64,000 bases of DNA, taken from NCBI RefSeq assembly GCF_030013205.1, contig NZ_CP122648.1. One strand, written 5' to 3'. The translations under genes and the position numbers were made by a program. The stretch comes from Escherichia coli. GTDB lineage: Bacteria > Pseudomonadota > Gammaproteobacteria > Enterobacterales > Enterobacteriaceae. How positions within the stretch are numbered: position 1 is the first letter of the stretch; the number at the start of each line of letters is the position of its first letter. The notes under the pieces were generated by a model, which was not told the origin of the DNA, did no database searches, and saw nothing but the letters and a program-made list of their open reading frames with translations. Below, in pieces: positions 47,005-60,254 of this stretch.

Positions 47005-48027
47005 TCAGAAATCGTATTTGCCGATATTCTCTTTGTTGAATATCACGCGCTCCGGTAACAGTACGATGCCATTACCATCCGCTTCGTAGTCATAGCCCTG
47101 AACGCTGTTTGGCGAGACTTCCACCTGACCTACGCCCTGAATATCCAGCTTGTCGCCCGTTTTCATTGATCCTTTTTTCAATAATTCATCCGCGACATAA
47201 ACTGAAATTTTGCCTTGCTGAACCACATCCCACAGGCCAAATTCTTTCACCGTGCCGCGTTCCACATACGGACGCATCACGTTTGGCGTACTGAATCCGA
47301 CAATCGCAACTTTGTCATTTTTCAGGTTTTCTGCGGCTTGTGCGGCAGCGGGCAGGGCGTTGGCGTCGGGGGCGATAATGGCGTCGAGATCGCTATACGC
47401 TTTTAATATTCCTTCTGCGGTTTGTAATGATTTAGTGGCATCGTTATAGCCAAACTGCGTAGTGACAATTTCCCAGCCAGGATGCTCTTTGGCGATTTTC
47501 GCTTTCGCTTCTTTCACCCACTGGTTTTGGTCCGTAACGGTGGGGCTTGAGTAGAAAAACGCGACTTTGGCTTTGTCTTTATTTACCTGACGCGCCGCCA
47601 TATCCACCAACATACCTCCCAACTGGGCGGGCGTTCCCTGATTAATGTAGTAAGAGCGGCACTCCGGTTTAGTATCAGAGTCCCAGGTCAGCACTCTCAC
47701 ACCACGTTGCATGGCGCGTTTCAGTGCCGGACACAAGCCATCAGGCGAAACCGCAGAAACGATAATGGCGTTATAACCCTGATTAACGAAGTTATTAATC
47801 AACTGTACCTGACCAGAAACACTGGGTTCTGTCGGCCCGTCGTAGGTCACATCAACGCCCAGCTCTTTACCCGCTTGTTGTGCGCCGTTGCCACCGCTGG
47901 TAAAAAATCCCACGCCAACCAGTTTGGGAATAAATGCAATACGCTCTGCGGCCTGCACATTCATAGAGATTGCGGCAATGCCAAGCGCGCTAAGTAAGGC
48001 GATTTTCTTAAAGCGATGAAGTGTCAT
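47005..48027 (-). CDS. lsrB: AI-2 periplasmic binding protein
   Basis: 340 aa with signal peptide; ribose-binding-protein-like fold. Confidence 0.85.
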   Translation of the reverse strand: MTLHRFKKIALLSALGIAAISMNVQAAERIAFIPKLVGVGFFTSGGNGAQQAGKELGVDVTYDGPTEPSVSGQVQLINNFVNQGYNAIIVSAVSPDGLCPALKRAMQRGVRVLTWDSDTKPECRSYYINQGTPAQLGGMLVDMAARQVNKDKAKVAFFYSSPTVTDQNQWVKEAKAKIAKEHPGWEIVTTQFGYNDATKSLQTAEGILKAYSDLDAIIAPDANALPAAAQAAENLKNDKVAIVGFSTPNVMRPYVERGTVKEFGLWDVVQQGKISVYVADELLKKGSMKTGDKLDIQGVGQVEVSPNSVQGYDYEADGNGIVLLPERVIFNKENIGKYDF

Positions 48028-48038
48028 GAAGATATCCT

Positions 48039-49031
48039 TTATGGCAATGGGTTATTGGCCCGACGCGCCAGCCACTCTTTAATTTGCTGGCGATGCAGGC
48101 TAACGGAACGACCTACGACAACGACGATAAGTAGCGCACCGGAAAGGGCGCTGGACACCTGATTTGGCACTCCTGCCATTTGCAAACCTTGTTGCAAATA
48201 TCCCACTAATAAAACCGCAATGGCGGTGCCGATAATGGAACCGGAACCACCATAAATATTGGCACCGCCAAGCACCACGGCGGTGATGGCGGGCATCAGA
48301 AACGACGCACCGAGATCGGAACGTGCTGAACCAAAATACGACACCAGCAGCACAGCGGCGACCGCAGACGCCAGCCCCGTCATGGCATAGAGCGCACATA
48401 AGGTACGGTTAACTGGAATCGCGCTATAAAGCGCCACGCGCGGGCTTTGCCCAATCAAAAACACGTTACGTCCGGCATGGGTTTTATGCAGCCAGAGCCA
48501 GAAAACGAGGAGACATATCAGGAAGATAATCAGCGGAACGGGGAGTCCCAGTACATCCAGGTTAGCGAAATCTGTAAACGCCATCGGGAATCCACCAATA
48601 CCTTCGTACCCCGTCGCTCCGGCCATCCCGGAAAGCAGCAGGGCACTTCCGGCAAACAGATACAGCGTGCCAAGCGTAATCACCAGCGGGTTAACTTTGG
48701 TATAGATAATTAATCCGGCGTTGATCAGCCCGCACAATGCGCCGAGCAGTAAGGTCAGAAGAATCGCCAGCGGCATCGGCACACCACTTTGAAACAGTAC
48801 GCCCAATGCAATGGCGCAGAGGCCGATAGTCGAACCAAACGAAATATCGATCCCGCCACTGACAATCACCATCGTCAGCGGTAGGGCGACAATGCCAATG
48901 CAAATAAAGTCACTGGTGCTGAACAGCAACATATTGAGATCTAACATCCGCGGGTTAATTGCACCAAATGCAACAATCTCAATAACGAGCAGTGCGGCAA
49001 GAGCCAGTTCCCAACCGTAGCGAATACGCAT
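48039..49031 (-). CDS. lsrD: AI-2 ABC transporter permease
   Basis: 330 aa membrane permease. Confidence 0.85.
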   Translation of the reverse strand: MRIRYGWELALAALLVIEIVAFGAINPRMLDLNMLLFSTSDFICIGIVALPLTMVIVSGGIDISFGSTIGLCAIALGVLFQSGVPMPLAILLTLLLGALCGLINAGLIIYTKVNPLVITLGTLYLFAGSALLLSGMAGATGYEGIGGFPMAFTDFANLDVLGLPVPLIIFLICLLVFWLWLHKTHAGRNVFLIGQSPRVALYSAIPVNRTLCALYAMTGLASAVAAVLLVSYFGSARSDLGASFLMPAITAVVLGGANIYGGSGSIIGTAIAVLLVGYLQQGLQMAGVPNQVSSALSGALLIVVVVGRSVSLHRQQIKEWLARRANNPLP

Positions 49032-50059
49032 TACGCGGCCTCCCGTTTTTTACCTGACGAAGCGGGTTTAACGGATGGCGGTGGCGTCATAAAGCGGGCA
49101 TATTTTTGCCGCCGCAGATTACGTTCCAGCGCACAACGCAGGCGTCCATCAAACACCAGCACCGCCAGCAGCACGAGGCCCGCGATAAAATCGTTCCACC
49201 ATGCCGGAATGCGCAACAGCACCAGTACACTATCGATCTGCGTCAGGAACCATGCGCCGAGTACCGCACCGATGATCGCGCCGGAACCGCCGAGCAAACT
49301 AATGCCGCCCAGCACGCAGGCTGCAATTGCTTTCATCTCCAGCCCGGTACCGGTCTGGTTGGGGATAAAACCAATCTGCGAAGCAAACACAATTCCCGCC
49401 AGTGCCGCCATGCAGCCGTTCAACGAAAATGCCACAATGCGAATGGCTTCCGTACGAACGCCCAGTTGACGAGCGCCCTGTAAATTATCGCCCGTGACAT
49501 AAAAACTGCGTCCAAACGCCGTCTTTGCCAGCAGCCAGGCCATAAATGCCACCAGAATTATCGTCAACCAACCAATCGCGGAAACGCCAAACAGCAGCGG
49601 TGCGGAGAGCTGTTTCAGTTCGGCGGGTAACCCTTCAATCCATTTGCCGCCAGTCCACAGCAACATGATGCCTCTGTACAACCCTAACGTGCCAAGGGTG
49701 GCAACAATGGCAGGGATCTTTAGCCACGCGACCAGGACACCGTTGAAAAATCCCGCGAGCAAACCAAGCAGTAAAGTCGCGACACAGGCAACAGGTAGTG
49801 AATATCCTGCGTTCAGTAACATCCCCAACAGCACCGCGCACATTCCGGTAATCGAACCCACTGAAACATCAATATTGCGCGTAAGCATTACCAGCGTCGC
49901 GCCCATTGCCAGCAGGATCAGGATTTGCGCGCTGCTATAAACCATGGTCAGCGTTTGCACACTTAAATACTGGCGGTCGAGAAAACCGGGTAATACAAAC
50001 AGCAGCACCACCGCCAGCAGTGCTGTGATTTCACGGTTGTTCTGAATAAATTTCAGCAT
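49031..50059 (-). CDS. lsrC: AI-2 ABC transporter permease
   Basis: 342 aa membrane permease overlapping lsrD and lsrA ends. Confidence 0.85.
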   Translation of the reverse strand: MLKFIQNNREITALLAVVLLFVLPGFLDRQYLSVQTLTMVYSSAQILILLAMGATLVMLTRNIDVSVGSITGMCAVLLGMLLNAGYSLPVACVATLLLGLLAGFFNGVLVAWLKIPAIVATLGTLGLYRGIMLLWTGGKWIEGLPAELKQLSAPLLFGVSAIGWLTIILVAFMAWLLAKTAFGRSFYVTGDNLQGARQLGVRTEAIRIVAFSLNGCMAALAGIVFASQIGFIPNQTGTGLEMKAIAACVLGGISLLGGSGAIIGAVLGAWFLTQIDSVLVLLRIPAWWNDFIAGLVLLAVLVFDGRLRCALERNLRRQKYARFMTPPPSVKPASSGKKREAA

Positions 50060-51588
50060 GACGCCTCCTGACGCTGACTATCGCCGAAGGCAACGCGCAT
50101 AATGGTCTCGACATTAATATCGCGTCCGGTCAGTGCAGAGTGGGCAATTTCGCCCTGATGCATCACATATACGCGATCTGCCATCAGTTCGATCTCTTCC
50201 AGATCAGAGGAGATAAGCAGCACTGCCACATTCTGTGCGGCGATGCTGCGCAACAGCTGGTAGATATCATTACGGGCTGAGACATCCACGCCGCGCGTCG
50301 GCTCATCGACAATCAATACTTGCGGCGAGGCTTCCAGACATTTGGCAATCAGGATTTTTTGCTGGTTGCCGCCGGATAAGGTCCGCGCAGCTTGTTCCGG
50401 TTGGTTAAATTTAATATTCAGCGCCCGACGATAACGTTCCAGTGTGGCGCTATCTTTCGCGGTTTTCGCCCAGAATCCACGAAGGTTATGAGTAAGGGCG
50501 CAGACGTTCCAGGCCAGCGAAGCATCGAGATTCAGTCCGGATGACTGGCGATCTTCCGGCAGATAAACCAGACCGCGCAGTAAACGTTCTCCAGTGGATA
50601 ATTTATTGATCTCTTTACCATTCAGCATAATGCGTCCGCCACGCAAAGTACGCAGACCATAGAGCGTCTCGGCCAGTTCTGTGCGTCCGGCCCCCACCAG
50701 CCCAGCCAGACCCAGAATTTCTCCGGCATTAAGCGTCAGGCTGACATTCATAAAACCTTCGCCGGTCAGGTTTTCCAGTGTCAGCACCGGCGTTCCGGCG
50801 GCATGTTGTGGGCGGTTGCCAGGTAACTCCAGCCATAATTTTTGGCTGGCAGAGAGCGATTTTTCCCGTAGCGCTGGCGTGATGGCCTGAATAATGTCGT
50901 CGGTAGACAGTTCGCTGGTTTTGCCGCTTAAGGCGATAGTTCCGTCGCGCATCACGCTAATCCGATCGGCAATCTGGCGAATTTCCGGCAGCTTATGCGA
51001 GATAAAAACAATACCCACGCCAGTAGCAAGCAGCTCTTGCAAGCGAGTAAACAAGCGTTCGGTTTCCGCAGGGGTAAGCGAGGCGGTAGGTTCATCGAGG
51101 ATCAGAATCCGCGAGTCGCGCATCAGCCCGCGGAGGATTTCCACCATTTGGCGATCGGCGACATCCAGAGATCCTGCCAGACTATGCAGATCAAACTGGC
51201 AGCCCAGAGCCGCCAGCAAGTTCTTCATTTTCTGCATGGAGAGCTGTTTTTTTGCCAGCCCAAACAGAATGTTTTCTTTTATCGACAGGCTTGGGAAAAG
51301 CAGCGGTTCCTGGGGAACGAGATAAATACCCAACTGATGAGCATGAACTGGCGTTAATCTGGTGTAGTTGTTGCCCCCAATCTCAAGCGTACCGCTATCA
51401 GCAGGGGTAATACCGGCAATAATCTTCATTAACGTCGATTTACCGGCACCATTGCCGCCGAGCAGGGCGTGGACCTCCCCCTGGTGCAACGTAAAATCGA
51501 TGCCTTTCAGGACATTAACCCCTGAATACTGTTTATAAACCGAGCGGGCGCAAAGTAGCGGTAACGCGCGGGTATCACTCGTTTGCAT
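50053..51588 (-). CDS. lsrA: AI-2 ABC transporter ATP-binding protein (tandem ABC domains)
   Basis: 511 aa with two Walker A motifs ([17 protein letters not shown]). Confidence 0.85.
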   Translation of the reverse strand: MQTSDTRALPLLCARSVYKQYSGVNVLKGIDFTLHQGEVHALLGGNGAGKSTLMKIIAGITPADSGTLEIGGNNYTRLTPVHAHQLGIYLVPQEPLLFPSLSIKENILFGLAKKQLSMQKMKNLLAALGCQFDLHSLAGSLDVADRQMVEILRGLMRDSRILILDEPTASLTPAETERLFTRLQELLATGVGIVFISHKLPEIRQIADRISVMRDGTIALSGKTSELSTDDIIQAITPALREKSLSASQKLWLELPGNRPQHAAGTPVLTLENLTGEGFMNVSLTLNAGEILGLAGLVGAGRTELAETLYGLRTLRGGRIMLNGKEINKLSTGERLLRGLVYLPEDRQSSGLNLDASLAWNVCALTHNLRGFWAKTAKDSATLERYRRALNIKFNQPEQAARTLSGGNQQKILIAKCLEASPQVLIVDEPTRGVDVSARNDIYQLLRSIAAQNVAVLLISSDLEEIELMADRVYVMHQGEIAHSALTGRDINVETIMRVAFGDSQRQEASC

Positions 51589-51836
51589 ATTTCCCCCGTT
51601 CAGTTTTGCAGGTGAGTTTTGAACAAATGTATTTCTGCTTTTAATTTGTTCATAACCTTAGGTGGACATTGCACATATTTCCGACGAATAGATCACAATT
51701 TATGCTATTTTGATTTTCACGGTTGCGTTTGTTCATGCTCGTAGAGTCAAACTGTGGTTGCCATCACAGATATAAATGCGCAAGAACTGAACAATTGCAT
51801 TAAAGATTTAAGTATGTTCAAAGTGAAGAATGAATT
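51589..51836. promoter_or_regulatory. Divergent lsrA / lsrR promoter and operator region
   Basis: AT-rich 248-bp intergenic region between the divergent lsrACDBFG and lsrRK operons; individual sites not resolved. Confidence 0.4.
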
Positions 51837-52790
51837 ATGACAATCAACGATTCGGTAATTTCAGAACAGGGAATGTGTGAAGAAGAACAGGTCGCGCGGA
51901 TTGCGTGGTTTTACTACCACGACGGGCTGACCCAGAGTGAGATCAGCGATCGTCTCGGCCTGACCCGTTTGAAAGTGTCGCGATTACTGGAGAAAGGGCA
52001 TCAGTCCGGCATTATTCGCGTACAGATTAATTCTCGCTTTGAAGGCTGTCTGGAATATGAAACACAATTACGTCGTCAGTTTTCGCTGCAACATGTCCGG
52101 GTGATCCCAGGGCTTGCGGATGCTGATGTCGGCGGGCGACTAGGGATAGGCGCGGCGCATATGTTGATGAGTTTACTTCAACCACAACAGATGCTGGCGA
52201 TTGGTTTTGGCGAGGCAACCATGAATACGCTGCAACGCTTAAGTGGTTTTATTTCGTCACAGCAAATTCGCCTGGTCACGCTCTCCGGTGGAGTCGGTTC
52301 TTATATGACGGGTATCGGGCAGCTTAACGCGGCGTGCAGTGTGAATATTATTCCGGCTCCGTTGCGGGCATCCTCCGCTGACATTGCCCGTACGCTAAAA
52401 AATGAAAATTGCGTCAAAGATGTTCTGCTAGCCGCGCAAGCAGCGGATGTGGCGATTGTCGGCATTGGGGCTGTGAGTCAACAAGACGACGCAACAATCA
52501 TTCGCTCCGGCTATATCAGCCAGGGCGAACAGTTAATGATTGGTCGAAAAGGGGCTGTTGGCGACATTTTAGGCTACTTTTTTGATGCAAAAGGTGACGT
52601 TGTCACGGATATCAAAATACATAACGAACTGATTGGCTTACCTTTAAGCGCGCTGAAGACTATTCCCGTCCGGGTTGGCGTTGCAGGGGGAGAAAATAAA
52701 GCCGAAGCAATTGCCGCTGCAATGAAAGGCGGTTATATCAACGCACTGGTTACCGATCAGGATACAGCAGCGGCGATTTTACGTAGTTAA
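51837..52790 (+). CDS. lsrR: SorC-family repressor of the lsr operon
   Basis: 317 aa; N-terminal HTH and sugar-phosphate-binding C-terminal domain. Confidence 0.85.
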   Translation: MTINDSVISEQGMCEEEQVARIAWFYYHDGLTQSEISDRLGLTRLKVSRLLEKGHQSGIIRVQINSRFEGCLEYETQLRRQFSLQHVRVIPGLADADVGGRLGIGAAHMLMSLLQPQQMLAIGFGEATMNTLQRLSGFISSQQIRLVTLSGGVGSYMTGIGQLNAACSVNIIPAPLRASSADIARTLKNENCVKDVLLAAQAADVAIVGIGAVSQQDDATIIRSGYISQGEQLMIGRKGAVGDILGYFFDAKGDVVTDIKIHNELIGLPLSALKTIPVRVGVAGGENKAEAIAAAMKGGYINALVTDQDTAAAILRS

Positions 52791-52868
52791 ATTTGCATGA
52801 CCTTATTACCGGGAATGATGGAGAACGTACAGAGGAACAGACAGAACGCATAAGCCGAGGATAATCTA

Positions 52869-54461
52869 ATGGCTCGACTCTTTACCCCTTCTGAATCAAA
52901 GAACTACCTGATGGCGCTGGATGCAGGTACCGGAAGTATTCGGGCTGTGATATTCGACCTGGAAGGCAATCAAATAGCCGTGGGACAGGCGGAGTGGCGG
53001 CACCTGGCAGTACCGGACGTTCCTGGTTCTATGGAATTTGATCTCAACAAAAACTGGCAACTGGCGTGTGAGTGTATGCGCCAGGCGCTGCACAACGCCG
53101 GCATAGCCCCGGAGTATATCGCTGCCGTTTCGGCATGTTCGATGCGCGAAGGTATTGTTTTATATAACAATGAAGGAACACCGATCTGGGCCTGCGCCAA
53201 TGTGGATGCCAGAGCGGCGCGCGAAGTTAGCGAACTTAAAGAACTGCACAACAATACCTTTGAAAACGAAGTTTATCGCGCCACCGGACAAACGCTGGCT
53301 TTAAGCGCTATTCCCAGATTACTTTGGCTGGCGCACCATCGTTCTGATATCTACCGACAGGCGTCGACCATCACCATGATCAGCGACTGGCTGGCCTATA
53401 TGCTCAGCGGCGAACTGGCGGTGGATCCCTCTAACGCTGGCACCACGGGACTTCTTGATCTAACCACCCGTGACTGGAAACCTGCATTGCTGGATATGGC
53501 CGGACTGCGGGCCGATATTCTTTCTCCTGTCAAAGAAACCGGCACATTGCTGGGCGTGGTAAGTTCACAAGCGGCGGAACTCTGCGGTCTGAAGGCGGGC
53601 ACTCCGGTGGTCGTTGGAGGAGGCGACGTGCAACTTGGTTGCCTGGGGTTAGGTGTTGTCCGTCCGGCACAAACCGCTGTTCTTGGCGGTACATTCTGGC
53701 AGCAAGTTGTAAACTTAGCCGCGCCGGTGACAGACCCAGAAATGAACGTGCGCGTTAATCCTCATGTTATTCCTGGCATGGTACAAGCTGAATCTATAAG
53801 CTTTTTTACCGGACTCACCATGCGCTGGTTCCGCGATGCTTTCTGTGCCGAAGAAAAACTGATTGCCGAACGTTTAGGCATCGACACCTATACGCTGCTG
53901 GAAGAGATGGCCAGTCGGGTGCCGCCTGGGTCGTGGGGCGTAATGCCGATATTCTCCGACAGAATGCGCTTTAAAACCTGGTATCACGCTGCGCCTTCCT
54001 TTATTAACTTGTCCATTGACCCGGATAAATGTAACAAAGCGACATTGTTCCGTGCGCTGGAAGAAAATGCGGCGATTGTATCAGCGTGTAACTTGCAGCA
54101 AATTGCTGATTTCTCGAATATTCATCCCACCTCTCTGGTCTTTGCAGGCGGAGGTTCAAAAGGGAAATTATGGAGTCAAATTCTCGCTGATGTCTCGGGA
54201 TTACCCATCAATATTCCAGTGGTCAAAGAAGCCACTGCATTAGGATGTGCCATTGCAGCTGGCGTCGGTGCCGGAATTTTTTCATCAATGGCAGAAACCG
54301 GAGAACGCCTGGTTCGCTGGGAACGGACGCACACACCAGACCCGGAAAAGCATGAACTTTATCAGGATTCACGCGATAAGTGGCAGGCAGTTTATCAGGA
54401 TCAGCTGGGGCTGGTTGATCATGGACTGACGACGTCGTTATGGAAAGCACCTGGGTTATAG
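52869..54461 (+). CDS. lsrK: Autoinducer-2 kinase (FGGY carbohydrate kinase family)
   Basis: 530 aa FGGY-kinase pattern. Confidence 0.85.
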   Translation: MARLFTPSESKNYLMALDAGTGSIRAVIFDLEGNQIAVGQAEWRHLAVPDVPGSMEFDLNKNWQLACECMRQALHNAGIAPEYIAAVSACSMREGIVLYNNEGTPIWACANVDARAAREVSELKELHNNTFENEVYRATGQTLALSAIPRLLWLAHHRSDIYRQASTITMISDWLAYMLSGELAVDPSNAGTTGLLDLTTRDWKPALLDMAGLRADILSPVKETGTLLGVVSSQAAELCGLKAGTPVVVGGGDVQLGCLGLGVVRPAQTAVLGGTFWQQVVNLAAPVTDPEMNVRVNPHVIPGMVQAESISFFTGLTMRWFRDAFCAEEKLIAERLGIDTYTLLEEMASRVPPGSWGVMPIFSDRMRFKTWYHAAPSFINLSIDPDKCNKATLFRALEENAAIVSACNLQQIADFSNIHPTSLVFAGGGSKGKLWSQILADVSGLPINIPVVKEATALGCAIAAGVGAGIFSSMAETGERLVRWERTHTPDPEKHELYQDSRDKWQAVYQDQLGLVDHGLTTSLWKAPGL

Positions 54462-54984
54462 TTTCATTGACAGCCACATCATGATGACCGTGGCTGTTAG
54501 TTTTTGAGTATTCTTATTTCCCTTCTTTTAGAGCTGGCTTGTTAAATGCCAGCTTGCAGATTCATCGTTCCATCGCCAGTAATATATTCAAGGGGAAATT
54601 GCTATTTTTCTTAAAACATTAAGCATAACCCTTATTTTATAGCGAATATTCCTAAAGGCATAAATGAATGAAAAAGAGTTTTAATAGAGTTCTTTTTTAG
54701 CAATTAATGCTATTCTTTGTTAAATATGATGATGGTAATATTCTTATTCACAGAAACAGTTTTCTTATTAAGCAACAATAACTCATGGTTCATTTTTAAA
54801 TAAAATAAGAACTATGCAATTTTTAATCTATCAATTCGAAAGTATTAGCAAATTAGCCAAATTGACACCTTCCCACCTCCAACCAACACTCAATACAGAC
54901 CTCTGACAATTTAATAAGTTTCATTTTTAATGTCTGACGACTCATCTCTTTCGTGGCTGTATTGTTTGTATATGGAGCGTTTAT

Positions 54985-57900
54985 ATGAATAGAATCTATC
55001 GCGTGATATGGAATTGCACCCTACAGGTATTTCAGGCCTGCTCGGAATTGACTCGCAGGGTAGGTAAAACATCAACGGTTAATTTGCGTAAATCCTCTGG
55101 ACTGACAACGAAATTCAGTAGATTGACGCTGGGTGTTTTGCTGGCACTAAGCGGTTCAGCGTCTGGTGCGAGTCTGGAAGTTGATAATGATCAGATTACC
55201 AATATTGATACTGATGTTGCTTATGATGCCTACCTGGTTGGCTGGTATGGCACTGGAGTGCTTAATATTTGGGCTGGCGGTAATGCCTCCTTAACCACTA
55301 TTACTACCAGCGTCATTGGTGGTAATGAGAACTCGAAGGGCACCGTTAATGTTTTGGGTGGCACCTGGCGATTGTATGAACGGGCGAAGCTTTCCGCTAT
55401 ATCTATATCGGTGATGCTGGCGATGGTGAACTTAATGTCTCGAGTGAAGGCAAAGTAGATTCGGGAATTATCACTGCGGGGATGAAAGAAACAGGCACAG
55501 GCAACATTACTGTTAAGGATAAGAACTCCGTTATCACTAATCTCGGAACTAATCTTGGTTATGACGGCCACGGCGAAATGAATATCAGTAATGAGGGGCT
55601 TGTTGTCAGCAACGGAGGAAGCTCACTCGGTTATGGAGAAACCGGCGTCGGGAAGGTTAGCATCACCACGGGGGGGATGTGGGAGGTCAATAAGAATGTC
55701 TATACCACTATTGGTGTTGCGGGCGTCGGAAACCTCAATATCAGCGATGGCGGTAAGTTCGTATCGCAAAATATTACTTTTTTGGGCGATAAAGCAAGCG
55801 GTATCGGCACACTGAACCTGATGGATGCGACATCATTGTTCGATACTGTAGGTATCAATGTCGGTAATTTTGGTAGCGGCATCGTAAATGTCAGTAATGG
55901 TGCCACTCTTAATTCAACGGGCTATGGATTTATCGGAGGAAATGCCTCCGGTAAGGGGATAGTTAATATTTCAACGGATAGTCTCTGGAATTTAAAAACG
56001 TCATCTACTAACGCCCAATTGCTACAGGTCGGTGTATTAGGCGCGGGTGAACTGAATATTACCACCGGAGGTATAGTTAAAGCACGTGATACACAAATAG
56101 CTCTCAATGACAAAAGTAAGGGCGACGTGCGGGTGGATGGGCAGAACTCTCTTCTTGAAACATTCAATATGAACGTAGGGACGACTGGCACAGGTACGTT
56201 AACCCTGACGAATAACGGTACGCTGAATGTCGAAGGTGGAGAAGTTTACTTAGGTGTTTTTGCGCTTGCTGTAGGAACGCTAAACATTGGTGCTGCTCAC
56301 GGTGAGGCGGCGGCAGATGCCGGATTTATCACCAATGCGACGAAAGTGGAGTTTGGTCTTGGCGAAGGCGTTTTTGTCTTTAATCATACCAATAACAGTG
56401 ATGCCGGCTACCAGGTCGATATGCTGATTACGGGTGACGATAAAGACGGAAAAGTGATGCATGATGCAGGCCATACGGTGTTCAATGCAGGGAATACTTA
56501 TAGCGGTAAAACGTTGGTCAATGGCGGCCTCCTGACCATTGCGTCACATACGGCAGATGGGGTAACTGGCATGGGTTCGAGTGAAGTAACCATTGCAAGC
56601 CCCGGTACGCTCGACATTCTCGCATCAACGAACAGTGCGGGAGATTACACGCTGACCAATGCGCTCAAAGGCGATGGCTTGATGCGAGTGCAGCTGTCAT
56701 CCTCCGACAAAATGTTTGGCTTTACCCATGCAGCAGGGACTGAATTCGCCGGTGTTGCCCAACTGAAAGACAGTACCTTCGCACTGGAACGCGACAACAC
56801 CGCTGCGCTTACTCACGCGATGCTGCAGTCTGACAGTGAAAATACCACATCGGTAAAAGTGGGAGAGCAATCCATTGGTGGACTAGCCATGAATGGCGGT
56901 ACGCTCACTTTCGATACGGATATACCTGCTGCGACGCTTGCGGAGGGATATATCAGCGTCGATACACTGGTTGTCGGCGCGGGTGACTACACCTGGAAAG
57001 GCCGTAACTATCAGGTAAACGGGACGGGCGACGTGCTTATCGACGTGCCTAAACCGTGGAATGATCCCATGGCGAATAACCCTCTGACGACGCTCAATTT
57101 GCTGGAACACGATGATAGCCATGTCGGCGTTCAACTGGTGAAGGCGCAAACGGTTATTGGGTCGGGTGGCTCATTAACGTTACGTGATTTACAGGGCGAC
57201 GAGGTGGAAGCGGACAAAACGTTACACATTGCACAAAACGGAATAGTGGTCGCCGAGGGTGATTATGGATTCCGCCTCACGACCGCACCAGGTGATGGTT
57301 TGTACGTTAACTATGGGCTGAAAGCGCTGAACATCCATGGTGGGCAAAAGCTGACGTTAGCCGAACATGGCGGAGCCTATGGCGCAACGGCCGATATGTC
57401 GGCAAAAATCGGTGGTGAAGGGGATCTGGCAATCAATACGGTGCGACAGGTTTCGCTTTCTAACGGTCAGAACGACTATCAGGGGGCAACCTACGTTCAG
57501 ATGGGGACATTACGTACCGATGCGGATGGCGCGCTGGGCAATACTCGGGAACTGAACATCAGCAACGCGGCCATCGTCGATCTTAATGGATCGGCCCAGA
57601 CGGTAGAGACATTCACCGGGCTGATGGGTTCGACTGTTTTGTTTAAAGAGGGGTCGCTGACGGTGAATAAAGGTGGGATCAGTCAGGGCGAACTGACAGG
57701 TGGCGGAAACCTGAATGTTACAGGGGGAACACTGGCTATCGAGGGGCTTAATGCACGCTACAATGCGTTAACCAGCATTAGCCCAAATGCCGAAGTCAGC
57801 CTCGATAATACGCAGGGGTTAGGCAGAGGAAATATTGCCAATGACGGTCTGTTAACGCTAAAAAATGTGACCGGCGAACTGCGTAATAGCATAAGCGGGA

Positions 57901-59777
57901 AGGGTATCGTGAGCGCAACCGCCAGGACAGATGTAGAGCTGGATGGCGATAATAGCCGCTTTGTGGGGCAATTCAACATTGATACAGGCAGCGCGCTCAG
58001 CGTCAACGAGCAGAAAAACCTGGGTGATGCTTCCGTTATCAATAATGGCCTGCTCACCATCTCCACTGAGCGTAGCTGGGCGATGACGCACAATATCAGC
58101 GGTAGCGGTGATGTGACAAAACTGGGTACCGGGATCCTGACTCTTAACAAAGATTCCGCGGCGTATCAGGGTACGACGGATATCGTGGGTGGTGAAATTG
58201 CTTTCGGTTCCGACTCTGCCATTAATATGGCAAGTCAGCACATTAATATCCATAACAGCGGTGTGATGTCGGGAAATGTCACCACTGCAGGTGATGTGAA
58301 CGTTATGCCAGGGGGGACACTGCGTGTCGCTAAAACCACTGTCGGCGGTAACCTGGAGAATGGTGGCACGGTTCAAATGAACAGCGAAGGGGGGAAACCG
58401 GGGAATGTACTGACCGTTAACGGTAACTATACCGGAAACAATGGCCTGATGACGTTCAACGCGACGCTGGGCGGCGATAATTCGCCCACCGATAAGATGA
58501 ACGTGAAAGGCGATACCCAAGGGAATACTCGCGTTCGGGTTGATAACATTGGCGGCGTCGGTGCACAAACGGTCAACGGTATTGAACTCATTGAGGTTGG
58601 CGGTAATTCTGCAGGTAACTTCGCGCTGACCACCGGAACTGTCGAAGCTGGGGCTTACGTCTACACGCTGGCTAAAGGGAAGGGGAATGACGAGAAAAAC
58701 TGGTATCTGACCAGTAAATGGGACGGCGTAACGCCAGCGGATACACCCGATCCCATCAATAATCCCCCTGTTGTGGATCCGGAAGGCCCATCAGTTTATC
58801 GCCCGGAGGCCGGAAGCTATATCAGCAACATTGCCGCAGCCAACTCGCTGTTTAGCCATCGCTTACACGACCGTCTGGGTGAGCCGCAGTATACAGATTC
58901 ACTGCATTCTCAGGGTTCGGCAAGCAGTATGTGGATGCGTCATGTCGGGGGGCACGAACGTTTCAGGACCGGTGACGGGCAGCTAAATACTCAGGCTAAC
59001 CGCTATGTATTGCAGCTAGGAGGCGATTTGGCGCAGTGGAGTAGCAACGCGCAGGATCGCTGGCATCTTGGCGTGATGGCAGGCTACGCCAATCAGCACA
59101 GTAATACTCAGAGTAATCGTGTGGGTTATAAATCGGATGGGCGCATCAGCGGTTACAGCGCAGGACTGTACGCGACCTGGTATCAGAACGATGCGAATAA
59201 GACCGGCGCTTATGTTGACAGCTGGGCGCTGTATAACTGGTTTGATAACAGCGTCAGTTCCGATAACCGTTCTGCTGTCGACTATGATTCTCGCGGTGTG
59301 ACGGCCTCTGTTGAGGGTGGGTATACCTTTGAAGCGGGAACATTTAGCGGCAGCGAAGGGACGCTGAATACCTGGTACGTCCAGCCACAGGCGCAAATCA
59401 CCTGGATGGGTGTGAAAGATTCTGACCATACCCGGAAAGACGGAACACGCATTGAAACGGAAGGCGGCGGAAACGTGCAAACGCGACTTGGGGTGAAAAC
59501 CTACCTGAACAGTCATCACCAGCGTGACAATGGTAAACAGCGTGAGTTCCAGCCTTACATTGAAGCGAACTGGATCAACAACAGCAAAGTCTACGCCGTG
59601 AAGATGAATGGTCAAACCGTAAGCCGTGATGGTGCGCGTAATCTCGGTGAAGTACGTACCGGGGTTGAGGCGAAAGTAAATAACAACCTTAGCCTGTGGG
59701 GGAATGTCGGTGTGCAACTAGGTGATAAAGGCTATAGCGATACTCAGGGCATGCTGGGTGTGAAATATAGCTGGTAA
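54985..59777 (+). pseudogene. yneO: AIDA/Ag43-like autotransporter adhesin disrupted by a frameshift (yneO-like)
   Basis: Extended autotransporter signal peptide (MNRIYRVIWN...) in ORF 54985..55458; the passenger and beta-barrel continue in another frame (ORF 55482..59777, frame open from 55380); C-terminus ends in an aromatic-rich beta-barrel (...GMLGVKYSW). Confidence 0.8.
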
Positions 59778-59852
59778 ACCGTATAAGCCGCATGTCGAAG
59801 ATGCATGCGGCTTAATATTGCCGACTTCAAACGACTTTTAAATCCTCCTTTT

Positions 59853-59966
59853 TATCCGCGATCGCGGATATCGCAGCGTTTATCCCGTAGAGCGGATAAG
59901 ATGTGTTTCCATATTGACTTTATCCTCACTAAAGGATAAAACTGATAATATCCCCTTGAGCGGATA
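59853..59966. promoter_or_regulatory. hipBA operator array: four TATCC-N8-GGATA palindromes (59853-59870, 59881-59898, 59921-59938, 59949-59966)
   Basis: Four exact matches to the HipB operator consensus, read directly from the sequence upstream of hipB. Confidence 0.8.
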
Positions 59967-59987
59967 AATTTGCTGTGGACGTATGAC

Positions 59988-60254
59988 ATGATGAGCTTTC
60001 AGAAGATCTATAGCCCAACGCAATTAGCGAATGCAATGAAACTGGTTCGTCAGCAAAATGGCTGGACGCAGAGCGAGCTGGCGAAAAAAATCGGCATTAA
60101 GCAGGCGACAATTTCCAATTTCGAAAACAACCCTGACAATACCACGCTGACGACATTTTTTAAGATTTTACAGTCGCTTGAACTCTCAATGACGCTATGC
60201 GACACGAAAAATGCCTCGCCAGAATCAACAGAACAGCAAGATCTGGAGTGGTAA
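59988..60254 (+). CDS. hipB: Antitoxin HipB (Xre-type HTH)
   Basis: 88 aa MMSFQKIYSPTQLANAMKLVRQQNGWTQSELAKKIG...; stop overlaps the hipA start. Confidence 0.9.
   Translation: MMSFQKIYSPTQLANAMKLVRQQNGWTQSELAKKIGIKQATISNFENNPDNTTLTTFFKILQSLELSMTLCDTKNASPESTEQQDLEW

Noticed and set aside
50681-51357. Plus-strand ORFs (69-143 aa) within lsrA
   Set aside because: Antisense to a conserved ABC ATPase gene; Arg/Ser-rich composition typical of spurious antisense frames in GC-rich coding sequence.
55591-58633. Multiple ORFs in alternative frames and on the minus strand inside the autotransporter gene
   Set aside because: Expected by-product of the repetitive Gly/Thr/Asn-rich passenger-domain sequence; the main frame accounts for the region.
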